From positions 104,658,001 through 104,722,000 of the forward strand of contig CM052817.1 of NCBI GenBank assembly GCA_028534125.1: a stretch of 64,000 bases of DNA. Reading direction: 5' to 3'. A program made the translations under genes and the position numbers. Numbering within the stretch: the first letter of the stretch is position 1; every line of letters starts with the position of its first letter. The notes beneath the pieces were generated by a model. It was not told the DNA's origin and made no database searches. It saw only the letters and a program-made list of their open reading frames with translations. The DNA is from Lama glama (taxonomy: Eukaryota). Below, piece after piece: positions 1-12,917 of this stretch.

Positions 1-459
1 AAAATGTAATCATCTTTCCTTAACTAAAAGCAGTAGTTTTAAAACTCCCTGGTATTTTCTGCTTTGGAGGACTAATGGGGAATTTTGTCTTTCTCTACTT
101 AGGTGCTATGGAAACAAACCACTGCTGGAGAACAGCTTTAATGCGCAGGTGCTTTTTTGTCAGCACATTTGCTGAGATGTCACTTCTAGGAACCTCATTC
201 AGCTGTGCGGGCTGATTCCTTAGCTCTTCATAAATAATGAGCTGAGTATCAAATTCTTCTCTTTTATCCCCAAACAGTGAGTGAACTAGTCGTAAAGTCT
301 CAGGTCGACAACAGATCCATTGGGATTCAAGAAGAGATAAATGTGCATGCTAAATACGAACAAACCATTGGGTTTTCTTAAACTCAAGAACAAAAACCAA
401 TTGCTGGTTTAGTACACGAGCATGATTATAATGCAGCTTACATAAATTTAGAATAAAAT

Positions 460-650
460 GATAATAGCCAGAATTCATAAACACTTAGCACGTGCGAGTA
501 CTATGTCAAGTGCTTAAGTACCTGTGAGGATGTGTGGCTGATATGACCACTTTGCAGGAGAGGCAGTTGAAGCTCAAGGTGAAAAATTTGAGCCCCACCC
601 AGAGTAACAGTGGGCAGGCACCAAACCGATCTCTGCCCAGTGCTGTGAAA
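460..650 (-). mobile_element. MIR fragment
   Basis: Degenerate match to the MIR reverse core (cactttgcaggagaggcagttgaagctcaag). Confidence 0.5.
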
Positions 651-1756
651 CTGATCAGTGTGCTGAACCTGCGATAGCTTTAGGAAATTATCTTTCTCTC
701 GTTACAAGTTACATTAGGGAGTAACAATACCATTCACCTTCTAAGTTTAGCTGCAGAAAGGAGTCTAGAGGAAAAGTTGAGACACAACGGGGGTGATAAT
801 TATTCATACCCATAATTCCCTTCTCAGTTATGGGATTCCACTTAAAATAGAATTTGCTTATTCATATCACCTTTATTTCTTTACCATTAACTGCATATTC
901 TCATCCCTTCCTCTAGTCCACAGATTTCCAAGGATACAGACATGCACATTAGACTACAACTTCAAAATCTGACTGCAGAATAATGTGTATTTTGACAATG
1001 CAAGTATTTCTCCACAAACAGTACAAGTGGTAGACAGAGGCAAATTTAAGCTGGGGTTCCAGGGATAACACTGGCCTCATTCAGTGAGTTTGTGGGCAGT
1101 ACCAAGTCTTTCCTCACAGCCAGGATTTCTCTTCTCAGCAATCAAGTCTTCTTCTGGAATGTAGTTTCTCAGTGAGACATGAAATCTTTCACAGTCTTCA
1201 TATGTTTTTCATCGACTTACTCCCATGGTCCATCAAACAACATGTTTGACTTAAGAGTCAGAGCCCATGAGAATGAGAGCATAGAGCTTTCTAGGGCAAA
1301 TTAACAGGATTTCCCAAATTTCTTTCATTTAATGATTCCTTTATTAATATATCTGTGTATGTGTGTGTGTGTACGTATGCAACACATTGGATAGATAAGA
1401 ATATATGCATTTTTTAGAAAACTATAATTCTACAATTACATAATATATAATTATAATTATATATTATATAGTTATGTTATATAGCAATATTTTCATTGCT
1501 CATTTATTTCTTGATTTCTAATAACAATTATCACCTAGATAGCTTCTGAGATCAAACACAAATTCCTAATCATGGTGATTCAGGCACAGTTGCAGAATTG
1601 AGACATGATCTGTCCCATCCAAGGGCTCTCAGTACAAATCTGCTTTCCTTTTCTCCAGGTCTCTATCTCCTCTGCCCTGGTTTATACAATTCCTAGTCTT
1701 TCTAGTCTTCCAGCCAATGCTTGAGTCATCTTCTAGGATCATTTTCCCAATACGTG

Positions 1757-2438
1757 TGATACAGGAAAAAATAAAGGGGTGAGAGGATGGCTGTGTCCCA
1801 GATCTCAGTGGAGTTCCTGGGACATGCCCTGCCAAGTGAGGGCCCTTGGCTTTGTGTAGGAAGGAATTAAAGAGTGAGCCATAGTTGAGTAAAAGTAGAT
1901 TTCTTTCAGAGAGATGTACACTCCATAGACAGAGTGCAGGCCATCTCAGAAGGCAAGATAAAGGCCAAGAGGTGTGGGGTTGGGTGTTTAGTTTAAAGTA
2001 AAAGTAGATACACACTCTATAGACGGAGTGTGGGCTGTCTCAGAAGGCAAGAGAGAAAGCAACCATGAGGTGTGGTGTTGTTAGTTTTTATGCACTTGGT
2101 AACTTCATATGCTAATGAGTAGGAGGATTATCCCAACTACTTTGGAGAAGGGATGGGAATTCCCAGGAATTGGGCCACCACCCACTTTTTGACCTTTTAT
2201 AGTTAGTCTTGGAACTGTCATGGCACCTGTGAGAGTATCATTTAACACACTAAGTCACTACAATGAGTGTAAAATGAAGCTCAAGGTCTACCTGAAGTCA
2301 AATCTCCTGCCATCTTGGGTCTCAAGGTCTACTGGGAGTTGACTTATTCACCATCTTGATGCTAATTGCTGTGTCATTCCTTTAATGGCTGTACCCTTCC
2401 TTTAATGGCTGTGTCCTGCCACCTTCCTTCATGCCTCA
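1757..2438 (-). mobile_element. Solo LTR, ERV1-like
   Basis: Ends in ...tgcctCA at 2438 (TGAGGCA on minus). U5-like aaggaattaaagagtgagcc segment and internal duplications (about 93-bp unit at 1916-2080; ctcaaggtctac x2; ttcctttaatggctgt x2). Left boundary approximate, no clear TSD. Confidence 0.75.
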
Positions 2439-2894
2439 GGTAGGTAAGATTGGAACTTGACTAATTTCTGCCAACCTTCCTCCTTGGAGCCTGAAGCATC
2501 ACCCTACCTGGCCTCACACTCTAGCCCACAGGCTGGGGGACCACATCTGAATGCTCTTAGAACAAGGACTGCTGCCTACCTGACTTCTAAATCTGGAATC
2601 CTGCCTGGGAGAGAAGACAAAGGACTATCCATTAAAATTGCTGACCGAGGATGAACAGTATTTCATTAAGCCCAAAAACATACCAAAGCAAAGTTTATTG
2701 ACGGAATTACCCAACTGCCCCTTCACTTCTCAGCATTCCATTATGAGCTGTGCTTTTTGACATATTTTAAAAACAACAACTCTATTTTATTACAGGACTA
2801 CCTTCGTCAAAAGTAGCCTTGCCTAAGGTTCTGTTTGCTTTGGCGTCAGGAATGAAAATTGTGAGGGTCATTTGGATTTCTGGTGAATCTTTTC

Positions 2895-3045
2895 CTTTAT
2901 TGTTTTATTGAGATATAATTGACATACCATAAAATCCACTTTTAAAAGTGTTTTCCAGTGGCTTTCTGTATATTCACAGAGTTGTGCAATCAACGTCACT
3001 CTATGATTCTAGAGATTTTCATCATTTCAAAAGGAAACCCCAAAT
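2895..3045 (-). mobile_element. Old L1 3'-end fragment
   Basis: ttttattgagatataattgacataccataaaatccac is a typical reverse L1M 3' terminus. Confidence 0.75.
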
Positions 3046-3046
3046 T

Positions 3047-5255
3047 CTGACAAGTAAGGAGCTTGAAAGTTGTCACCTTGTTCTAACAAGTAAACAACTG
3101 AAAAAAGTGAAAACCGATGACTCTCCTTAGATCCATCAGAGAAGTGAGGTCACTGAGCAAATTGTTGGCCCCAAACTGGAGACACAAGAAGATACAGAGA
3201 ATCACAACCTGCTGGAGTAGAAACTTCCAGTGGAACCAGGGCTGGGGCAGATGAACTTGAACTATAATTGTGAATCTGTGGAGGCTTAGAATGGACAAGT
3301 GTGAAGGTTAAAAGCTCCAAGGGCACCCAGTCATGGTGGGGGGCACACTTTGTGTCATTTACCTCCAGGAGCTCAACCATATTTTCACTGGAGAAAAACT
3401 CTCTTGTGCTTCTGGCTGGAGGAAGGGGAAAGAAACCATTTAAAGCTATGCCAGAGCATCCTGTGCTTTATAACAAGATCTGCCCTTGAGGGGAATTATT
3501 TTATCATAGCTTAACCTGCTGAATTTTTATCAGCCTAACTGAGCTGGGGGGAGGGAAACACCCAACTCCAGCCACCCCTAGTTTCTACAGAAAAGGAAAA
3601 TATCAGCTCCAACCAAATGTAACCACCCTTTCCCACCTAAGGTGGGGAGAACAAATTGAGAAGCCCTTGCTAAGTTCAGAGTTCAGAGGCTCAAAGACTG
3701 AGATCTGATCTTCTACTGGGGTAGAAATCATCCGCTCCCCCATACTTTGCCACATCACTAAAGACCTATTTACCACAGTCCCCTTTACCCATCATGTCTC
3801 GCTATCAAGAAGAAATTACAAGGCACACTCAAAATCAAAAAACACAATTTGAAGAGACAGAGCAAGCAACAGAACCAGACTCAGACATGGCAGGAACGTT
3901 GTAATTCTCACACTGGCAATTCAAAGTAACTATGCTGAATATTCTAAGGACTTTAAAGAAAATGCAGATGTCATGCAAGAATGGATGGATAATGTAAGCA
4001 GAGAGATGGAAATTATAAGAAATAATATAAAAAAAAAAGCCAGAGAGCAAAAACACTATAACAGAAAGGAAGAATGACTTTAAAAGGCTCATTGCTAGAC
4101 TGGGCACAGCTGAGGAGAGCATTTCTGAGACAAGAATATATCAATAGAAATGTCCAGAATTAAAAAGCAAAGAGAAAAAAGACTGAGAAAGAAAGCACAA
4201 CAGAATATCCAGAAACTGTGGGACAACCAGAAAAGGTATAACTTATGTGCAATGGGAATACTAAAAAGGGAATAAAAAGAGAAAGGAACAGAAGAAATAT
4301 TTGAAGCAATAATGAGGGACAATTTCCCCAAATTAATGTCAGGCACCAAACCACAGATCCAGGAAGCTCAAAGAACACCAAGGAGGATAAACACCAAGGA
4401 AACACACATAGAAAACTACGCCGAGGTACATCATATACAAATTTAAAGAAGTTATTCAATGAGAAGAAAAATGTCACAGGTCATAAACTCAAGTCTACGT
4501 AAGGAAAGGAAGAGCATCAGACAAGGAATAAGTGAACATAACATTAAAACTTTTCTTTCTATCATTCTTAACTGAGCTAACAAACAACAGTTTGTTCAAA
4601 ATAGTAATAGCAAAAAACAATAGCAAAAATGTATATATTTACATAAACGTGCATAATTAAATACACGGCTACAGTTATTTTACGTTTGTATGTAAACATA
4701 CGTAATTGAATGTATATTGATATAGGATGCTTATGCATAAACATATATATGTACATGTAAAATGAACGCCAGCAGTGTTACAAGGGGCAAGAGGGCGAAA
4801 TTAGGGTTATTTTGTTATTACAAGGTACTTGGCCTACTTATGAAGTGGTTTAGTGTTATTTGAGTGTGGACTTGGATTAGTTGTAAATGTATGCTACAAA
4901 CTCTAGGGATGTCATTTTAAAAAGGTTTTAAAAAGTAGTATAATTAATATGCTAAGAAAAGAGAGAAAATGGAGTCATATAAAATGCTCCATTAAAGCCA
5001 TAAATGGCAGTAAAAAAAGTGGAAGAGTAAAACAGAAACAAAGAACAAGAGCAACAACTAGAAAACAGTAAAAAAAAAAAAATGTGGTGGATATTAATTA
5101 TATTATAGTTACTTTAAATGCCAATGGTCTAAAAACACTCATTAAAGGAAAGAGATTGTCAGAACAGATCAAAAAAGGAAAAAGACTCAACTTTATATTG
5201 CTTATAGGAAACCAATTTTAAATAAAAGATACATTTAGATTAAAAGCAAATGGAC
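3047..5255 (+). mobile_element. Old L1 (L1M-type): 5'UTR, decayed ORF1, inter-ORF and start of the ORF2 endonuclease
   Basis: 4291-4392 translates EEIFEAIMRDNFPKLMSGTKPQIQEAQRTPRRIN (ORF1p). From 5102, IIVTLNANGLKTLIKGKRLS matches the ORF2p N-terminus. Confidence 0.9.
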
Positions 5256-5257
5256 GT

Positions 5258-6130
5258 TTAGGAAAAAACACAATTAAAACTGGGCAAGAGACTTAAATAG
5301 ATATTTCTCCAAAGAGAAAATACCAATCTCCAAAAATATACCAATCAACACATGAAGAAATGCTTAACATTACTAATCACAAGAGAAATGCAAATCAAAG
5401 TTACAATAAAACCACCTCAGATCATTAGGATGGCAACTATAAGATAATAATAATAATAAAGTTTTGGCAAGCATGTGAAGAAATTGGAGCCCTTTTGTAC
5501 TGGTGGTAGGAATATAAACTGGTATAGCTGCTGTGGAAAACAATGTGATGATTCCTAAAAAAATTAAAAATAAAATTACTATATGATCTAGTATTCCACT
5601 AGTGGGTATATACTCAAAAACATTGAAAGCAGGATCTGAAAGAAATATCTGTACTCTTACGTTCATAGCAGCATTATTCACAATAACTAAAACTTGGAAG
5701 CCACCCAAGTGTTTTATGACAGACAGATAAGCAAAATGTGGTATACACACATAATGAATTATTATTCAGCCTTATAAAAGAAGGGGATTCTCACATATGC
5801 TACCACATGTATGAACTTTGAGGACATTATGCTAAGTGAAATAAACCAGTCATAAAAACACAAACACTATGTGATTCCACTTATATGAGTTACTTAGAGT
5901 AGTTAGTCAAAATCATAGAGAAAGAAAGGAGAGTGGTGGTTGCCTGGGCTGGAGGAGGAGACAATTGATAATTGCTGTTTAATTGGTATAGATTTTCAGT
6001 TTCACAAGATGAGGAGTGTTTTGCAGATGGTGGTGATGGCTTCATTGAACTGTACACATGAAAGATGGTTAAGATAGTAAATTTTCTATTATGCCCATTT
6101 TATCACATAAAAAGAAAATCAAAAATTTGA
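5258..6130 (+). mobile_element. L1 3' portion (ORF2 C-terminus and 3'UTR) nested in the older L1
   Basis: gttcatagcagcattattcacaataactaaaacttggaagccacccaagtg and cattatgctaagtgaaataaaccagtca motifs; interrupts the host endonuclease sequence. Confidence 0.85.
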
Positions 6131-6164
6131 TAAATATAATAAAAAGTGGCAAAAGGTAAGAGAC

Positions 6165-6820
6165 AGAGAAATGTACCATATCATGCTAACACTGATAGAA
6201 ATAAAGCAGTCTTAACTATATAAGTTCAGACAGAGAAGACATCAGAGCAAGGACAGTTATGAGGGCAAAGGATAGCATTACGGAATAGTAGAGGGGTTAT
6301 TACATAATAATAATTATGTAATATATATTATTACATAAACAATATCTCTAAGAAGATATAACAATTTTTAATGTGTATACACTTAACAAAATATGTGAGG
6401 CAAAAATGTATAGAACTACAAGGAGAAAGAAATACATCCGTTATTATAGTTGGATACTTCAAGATTCTTCTATTAGGAATGGACAGAAACAGTAAGCAAA
6501 AAATTGGTAAGGACATAGGTGAACTCAACAGCGCCATCAATCAACTGGATTGAATTGACACCTATTGCCTACTTGATCCAACAACAGCAGACTACACATT
6601 CTTTTCAAGCTCACATGGAACATTCACCATGATAGACCACATTCTGAGCCACGGAGAGAAAACGAAACCTTAACAAATTTAAAGCAACAGAAATCATTCA
6701 ATGTCTGCTCTGAGACCAAAACGGAATTCAGCTAGAAGTCAATAAAAGAAACATAGTTCAAAAATCCCCAAATACTTAGAGATTAAGCAACATAATGCCA
6801 AGTAACACACAAATTAAGGA
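6165..6820 (+). mobile_element. Continuation of the host L1 ORF2 endonuclease domain
   Basis: ORF 6371-6553 reads ...SVIIVGYFKILLLGMDRNSKQKIGKDIGELNSAINQLD, matching the L1 EN IIVGDFN...MDR segment. Confidence 0.88.
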
Positions 6821-6925
6821 AGAGAGTTGTAAGAGTTCTTTACATATTCTGGGTACTAGTCCTTTTTCAGGTTTATGCATTGCAAATATCTTCTCTCATT
6901 TTGTGAGCTGCCTTTCCTAACTTTA

Positions 6926-6984
6926 TTTTATTATTATTTTTTAACATTTTTTATTGAGTTATAATCATTTTACAATGTTGTGTC
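6926..6984 (-). mobile_element. Extremely 5'-truncated young L1 3' end with TSD
   Basis: ttttttattgagttataatcattttacaatgttgtgtc flanked by TCCTAACTTTA at 6915-6925 and 6985-6995. Confidence 0.8.
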
Positions 6985-7104
6985 TCCTAACTTTAAAATA
7001 TAAGGAAAACTGATATAAGAAGCACTTGAATTATCATCAAAATCTTATTTAATTTTCACAATAATTTCTAAAGGGGAGAAAAAGTATAGAAGGTTGGAAG
7101 AGAG

Positions 7105-7330
7105 ATAATATTTGAGCACCTACTCTGTACTAGAAATTGGATATATGTTACCTCATTTGATCTTCACAAAATATCTTCCAAGTAGCCTCTTTTACCCTCA
7201 TTTCACACACAAGGAAACTGAGGCTCAGATTAAACAGCATTCTAAACTCACTTGAGCTAATAAAGGGCAAAACAGAGATTTAATTGCATGTTTGACTCTG
7301 AGGCTCGTGTCAGTTCCAGTCTATCTGATT
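7105..7330 (-). mobile_element. MIR
   Basis: ctcatttgatcttcacaa...aaggaaactgaggctcaga core. Confidence 0.8.
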
Positions 7331-8791
7331 ACCTTGTTCATTTTCTAAACATGTCTACACTTGATCAGAATAAAATTATCCAGATGATTACTGTTTGCCC
7401 TTAATGAGAAAATTCTGTGCGATGCTTCAGCTTCTTCCAGTGAAAGCTTCAGCGTTTATGCTCATAAGCATTCACTGGGTAGGCACGACATACCCCCTCG
7501 AGACAAAACCACAGCTCTGCAGTCTCGTACTGAAGTCAGACTTTGCATTTACAACATCTCCTCCGAAGTGAGAGAGAAGAGAAAGATGTGTTGATTAAAA
7601 CTGTCTCTTGGGAATATTGCATTAATGTATGTATCTGATTCAGTCTTTTGCCAGATGCTTTTCTTTGCACATTATCTCGTGATATTACAAGTGAGTAAAC
7701 TGATGCCCATAAGACGCGGTAAGATTCAAACCGACAGCCAAGTGATTTCAACATCCATGGATTTTCTTCTATTCCTTTAAACCAGTGAACAATGGAAAAA
7801 CACCATACAGTTGACTGTTTTCGCCTGTGTTCCATGTAATCCACGTGCCTGTTGTGAAGTGAGCGAAAGCAATCAAGCAAAATATTGTGCTTTTCCCAAA
7901 AGGCAAGAAAGAAAAAAAAGGTGCGACTAACTTGTTTTCCTTGATTTTGTTTTTAATTTTAAGCTAAATTTTACTAGTTGTTGAGGTTCCTACTTTATTT
8001 ATTTATGTATGATGTATGTATATATGATGTACGTATGTGTGTGTGTATATATATATGTATTCATCTTGAATCTTAGTGTTTCATGGCTTTTTAAAAAAAT
8101 AATGAAACAAGTGAGTGCTCATATCACTTTCTCTAGTTCCACCTGTTTTGTTTTGCTGCTGATTTCCTTTTGGAAGACTCTTTTGGAGACTGCTTGATCT
8201 ATCTTACTTATGCATTCCCGCTAGGCAGTATCAAATAGACTTTAATAATAATAATAGCTGTCAGATATAAAGCCCTTATCTCTTGGGTGCTTGCCATGAG
8301 TTATCTCTAAGTCACATGTCACGTTTGTGTCGCTGTTCTCATTAAGGCCCCCAGAGGTTCTATGACTTAATCAAAGCCACGAGGTAGCAAGTGGTAAACC
8401 CCAATTCAGGCATGTCCCGCTCCGAAGCCCGTCGACTCGGTTCTATAACACAACACACAGCCCTTTATGGGCACTGAGTTTGCCACAGGCCTAACCAATG
8501 GCAGGGGACAACCATAGAAGTGCGGCTCAGACAAGAGTTCCAGGTCACCTGCCACTGCCATTATCCCTGCAACAAGCACCACCTGTTACAGGCACAGTGT
8601 GTTCATAATTAGGCATAAAATTGTATCAAAATCTCATAGTGTTGAATTGTTGTATTAGCACCAAAGCAACTTAAATTTTGTAGACACATGGGATGTAGGT
8701 GAAATGTAACCTTTGCTTTTAAGGGGTGATTTTAATTGAAAGAAAAGACAGGCAATGCTTGCTGTACGCCAATCTCTGATGCACCACATAA

Positions 8792-8934
8792 GTTAGGGGT
8801 AGGGTTAGCTAGAGTTAAGGTTAGGGCTGGGCTAAGGTTAGGGTTAAGTTTAGGGTTAAGGTTAGGGTTAAGGTTAAGATTAGGGTTAGAGTTAAGGTCA
8901 AGGTTAGAGTTAGGGTTAGGGTTAAGGTTAGGTT
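8792..8934 (+). repeat. Degenerate telomere-like (TTAGGG/TTAAGG/TTAGAG)n interstitial tract
   Basis: About 24 hexamer units in constant 6-bp register, e.g. gagttagggttagggttaaggttagg. Confidence 0.9.
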
Positions 8935-10040
8935 CAGCACTCCCATTTGAAAAATGAGATTAGATTAACTAATATCTAATACAGATATAAGTTCCAAAAT
9001 TATGTGATTCCTTTAAATAAATCTAGGAATGAGTTAATAAAATCTGAGAACTGTTCTGGGACTATTTACAATAAAGTACTCTGCCTATAACAGATCCTGT
9101 AAGAGGAAGTCTCCTGAAAAATAAAGAGAGACATGGTTTAGCCAAATAAGAGGGAAGCCTGTGCCGTGCAACAGCCAACCAGAGAAGACGCAGAGACTGA
9201 GGTGGACTCGGGGAGAGTGTGGAGGCGCTGATGAGGGGAATGCACTTGATTTCCAAAATGGACAACATTTTTAAAGGTCACAGAAATGATATTTTGCAAC
9301 TGAGAACAGAACAATGTTTAGAAGTACATTTGGGTGTGAATGAAGTTGCAGAGAGGAAAGCCAATTGACCAAACTGACACGAGACACAGATGGGATGGGA
9401 TGTGGGCTGTGCTAAGAATAGGGTCTCAGAGGCCAGGAGCTGTGGTAGGGTCAGGGATAGAGAGAAAACTGGCAGTCAGAAATATTTAAAGGACGACAGT
9501 GATCTAACCTTTCCGATCAAAGGTTTGAAATTTGAAGACGTTCCATTAGTACTAATGCAACGCGATGACAAACAATAATAGGATGGCAATAAAACCACCT
9601 CGCTCTGAATGGAGGAAAGGGGCTGCAGACAAAGAAATCCTTCATTATCAGGTGACTAGTAACAGAAGTTGTTTTGTGAAGGCTATACATGGATAGCCTT
9701 CACGAAAGCAATGGCTGCCAAGGGCGCCCTCAGTGCCTCACAGCAAGCTCTCAAAGAGATGGTGTCATCATCTTGCAGAGGAGCCAAGTGCAGCTCACGG
9801 AGATTACAGAGTATCCCTCCAAAGCCCCAGATCACAGTTAGTAATTCCCAGAAGGTGAGTTTGATCCAACCTTTGGTGACTCCAGAGCACGTCTACGTGA
9901 ACCCTGTATGGCTCCCTGGCCCACTCACAGCCAAATAGAAATTTTAAAAATTACATACTTGGCTTTCAGCTTAAGCAGCTTCATACAACTGGTCTTTTTT
10001 TTTTTTTAAGTCTCAAGATACTATGGTTAGCCTATATTTA

Positions 10041-10194
10041 TTTTATTTTTTAAATGTTTGATTTTGGAGGGGGAAGTAATTAGATTTATTTATTATTTTT
10101 TTAATGGAAGTACTGGGGATTGAACACAGGACATCGTGTATGTTAATCACACACTCTAGCCCTGAGCTATGTGCTCCTTCTCACTCCCTGCCCT
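10041..10194 (-). mobile_element. tRNA-derived SINE (Vic-1-like)
   Basis: Reverse A/B boxes (ctgagctat; ggggattgaac). Exact 15-bp TSD GTTAGCCTATATTTA at 10026-10040 and 10195-10209. Confidence 0.9.
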
Positions 10195-10232
10195 GTTAGC
10201 CTATATTTAGTACTAAATAAGAACACAAGGCA

Positions 10233-10345
10233 GGGGGTGTGGGGCATAGCTCAGTGGTAGAATGCATGCTTAGCATGCATAAGGTCCTGGGTTCAATCCT
10301 TAGTACCTCCAGCAACCAAAGAGGAAAAAAAAATACTTAAAAAAA
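10233..10345 (+). mobile_element. tRNA-derived SINE (Vic-1-like, short)
   Basis: atagctcagtggtagaatgcatgcttagcatgcataaggtcctgggttcaatcc plus A tail; imperfect TSD aagaacacaaggca/aagagcagaaggca. Confidence 0.9.
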
Positions 10346-12544
10346 AAGAGCAGAAGGCAAGTTTTTTTTAAAAAAGTGCAATTTTTTTACAAGGAAATAG
10401 CATTTTCCTGTTTAAGTACTTCTGCGGGGAAAATTGCACCTGAATATATTTAAGTAAATTATTATTAAACATCTTGAATAAAATTAAAAATTTAAATTAA
10501 ATAGCCATGATTAATACTTTAAATACCTCAGCATTACTAGAGTGTATTAGAAAAAAAGTCAGCCAAATAAGAAAAACAGGGGGAAAATAAAGTAAGAAAA
10601 TGCTAGGAACTGTGTATTAGGTTTCATTTGAGTCTTATTTAAACATTTTCCTTTTGAAGAAATCACACACGTGGCACTTTGAAAATATTTCAATTGCTCC
10701 TGGTTTTGAAGTCATCCTAACACTTCTTTTACTTATTTTTCATGCTTTCTATAGTTTGGACATAATATTCCCTTCCCAGCCAGCTCTGCCTGAACCAACA
10801 CAGTAGTCTTGGCCGGAGAGTAGGTGAGGAAAGAACAGCAGACTCTAAAGTTAAGAATTTATATCCAACTTTTTAGTTGAATATGCTCATCTCACCATCA
10901 GTGTATCTGGGAAGTGGATAAATGGGTCTCATCAGCAAGAGGTCATAGCAGCTCCGCTCCATTCAACTAACATTTAATGCATAACCCAAGTGGTCCAAGT
11001 TCCATGGAAGATGCTGGCAGTAAAAAAAGACTTACTCTTGACAAGCATTGCACTCAATGGGACAGAAATGCATCGTTTTAACATGGAGCAGGTGGTGAGT
11101 GTAACCTCCAGCTGCCCACCCCCAAGGTGTGTAGTCACAGTTTTCTGGGAGCTACTTAACTCAGAACTGAGGGAAGCTTCCTGAAGACACCTGACGCAAG
11201 CCTTGACAGTGGTAAGAGCCTTAGCAGCATGAGGTCCGCAACGAGAAGACAAGAAAAATTATAGAGAATCGTCATCCGGCCGGGTCATAGAGCATACAAC
11301 AGGATTATTGGAACATTTCTGCTTTTTTTCCCTTTGCCTAGGTTATACATAGTTTATGCATTTGGAACAAAAGTTATCTTTAAGCATGTAATAAGAACAA
11401 GAGATGCTTCAGCTGAGAAAGGAGCTGACATTAATCAAAGACAAATGGAAACAAAGTGTCAGCTGCTGTTCATAGTCCTGGAGAAATAACGAACATATCC
11501 AAGGGTCCTGCTTCTTTTTAATGCTTTTGGTTCCAAGTTCAGTCATTTATGGGATGTTTCTTCCTTAGAGTCCTCTGTTGTCACATGAGCAGGAAGAGGA
11601 CAGTGGTGGAGACTCAGGAGTTTGTTAAATACTTTGAGGCGGATTGAGGAACACATGGTGTTATTGTGGCTATCCATGGTGTAAGTTAGAAATTCAAGGG
11701 TGGGAAGTAGATGTGATACCCAAGTGCACGTTCACTGGCTTTAAGCAGAAATTCCTTTTTATTCAAACAATCAGTTTGGGGAACAGAAGCTGGTTTCCGA
11801 GGCAGGTGAAGAGGTTCCCTGGGGAGTCTCTGTGGAAGGCAGCTATTATTATTTCTAATAATCCTGACTCGACTGACACAAGTATTTCATTCTAGTTTGC
11901 CATGCAAGTCTCTTTGGCTGCCAAATAATAACCAAATAAACTAAGTGGAGATCCAGTGAGCATAGCCCCATAAGTGAGTTGCAGTAGGGAGACCTCGTCG
12001 TATGATTGACTCAGTATTAGGGCTCAAGAAATATCACTGCCTACTCCTCCCCCTGCTGTTACATTACCTGACAAATGGCCACTTGCACAAGAAGATGGTG
12101 CCTCAGAAGAAGCACAGAAGGTCATTTCCAGTGTCGCTTAAAGCCTGGGACTAAATCCAATAAAGTCTGCCTTAATTCTTGTCCTTAGTGAATCCATCAC
12201 CGCTTGTTCCCAAGCACTTCCTTGACCTGATAACTTTTAAGATGAAAATACTTCGTATTTAAATAATGTTTTGCAGCTCATAAACCACTTCTATGCAGTT
12301 TGCTTTATTTAGATACTTCTGACATCTCTTTGTACTAGACAATTATTTGGGAAACCAAGATTAAAGGAGGAAGAGAAGTAAGAGGTATTTATGCCTACTG
12401 GCCTTTAAAAAAGCCCTCTGGGTTTCAGAGGGACACCTGTCCCCATTTTATAGTTGAAAAAACTAGAAGTTTAAGTAACATTGAAGGTCATAAAACTAGT
12501 AATTGGTAGATCTGGAACTTGAAATCAATTTTTTGACTCTTTGG

Positions 12545-12706
12545 AGTAGTTATCAACATGAGTGATGATCAGAGTCATGTATTTTTAATTTTAAATTCAC
12601 ATTTCTCATCTATATCCCAGATTTCCTTGGGACTAAGGAACCAGAAATGAACTTTGAAAGCTTTTGCAATTTTTTCTGATGTGATATCCTGGTTAAGACC
12701 CACTGC
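12545..12706. mobile_element. MER5-like hAT-Charlie remnant
   Basis: Termini gagtagttatcaac...ggttaagacccactg resemble cagtggttctcaa TIRs. Confidence 0.5.
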
Positions 12707-12917
12707 TTCCCCATGTGCTGCTTTATTATAAATTATCTTCTCAAACTAGACTTAGATCTTCAAGAATCATTCATCATCTTTTAAAAGTGATTCTTGATTT
12801 AACTACATTAAACATCTTGCAAGGATTCTGATCATCAACTTGACCATTAATAATTATGAAAATTGACTAAGAGATACCCAGGTTTTTACTAGCCTGTAAT
12901 ACCCTCAGTATGTTTTT

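Noticed and set aside
8736..8957. (LG/LR)n ORF
   Set aside because: Translation of the telomere-like hexamer repeat.
9669..9938. Possible coding exon MAAKGALS...NSQK followed by AAG|GTGAGT
   Set aside because: Good donor but no recognisable protein, promoter or downstream exon chain; insufficient support.
10233..10310. tRNA gene (also at 18608, 22361, 40308, 46870, 50429)
   Set aside because: The tRNA-like heads have A-rich tails, TSDs and broken stems, so they are SINEs.
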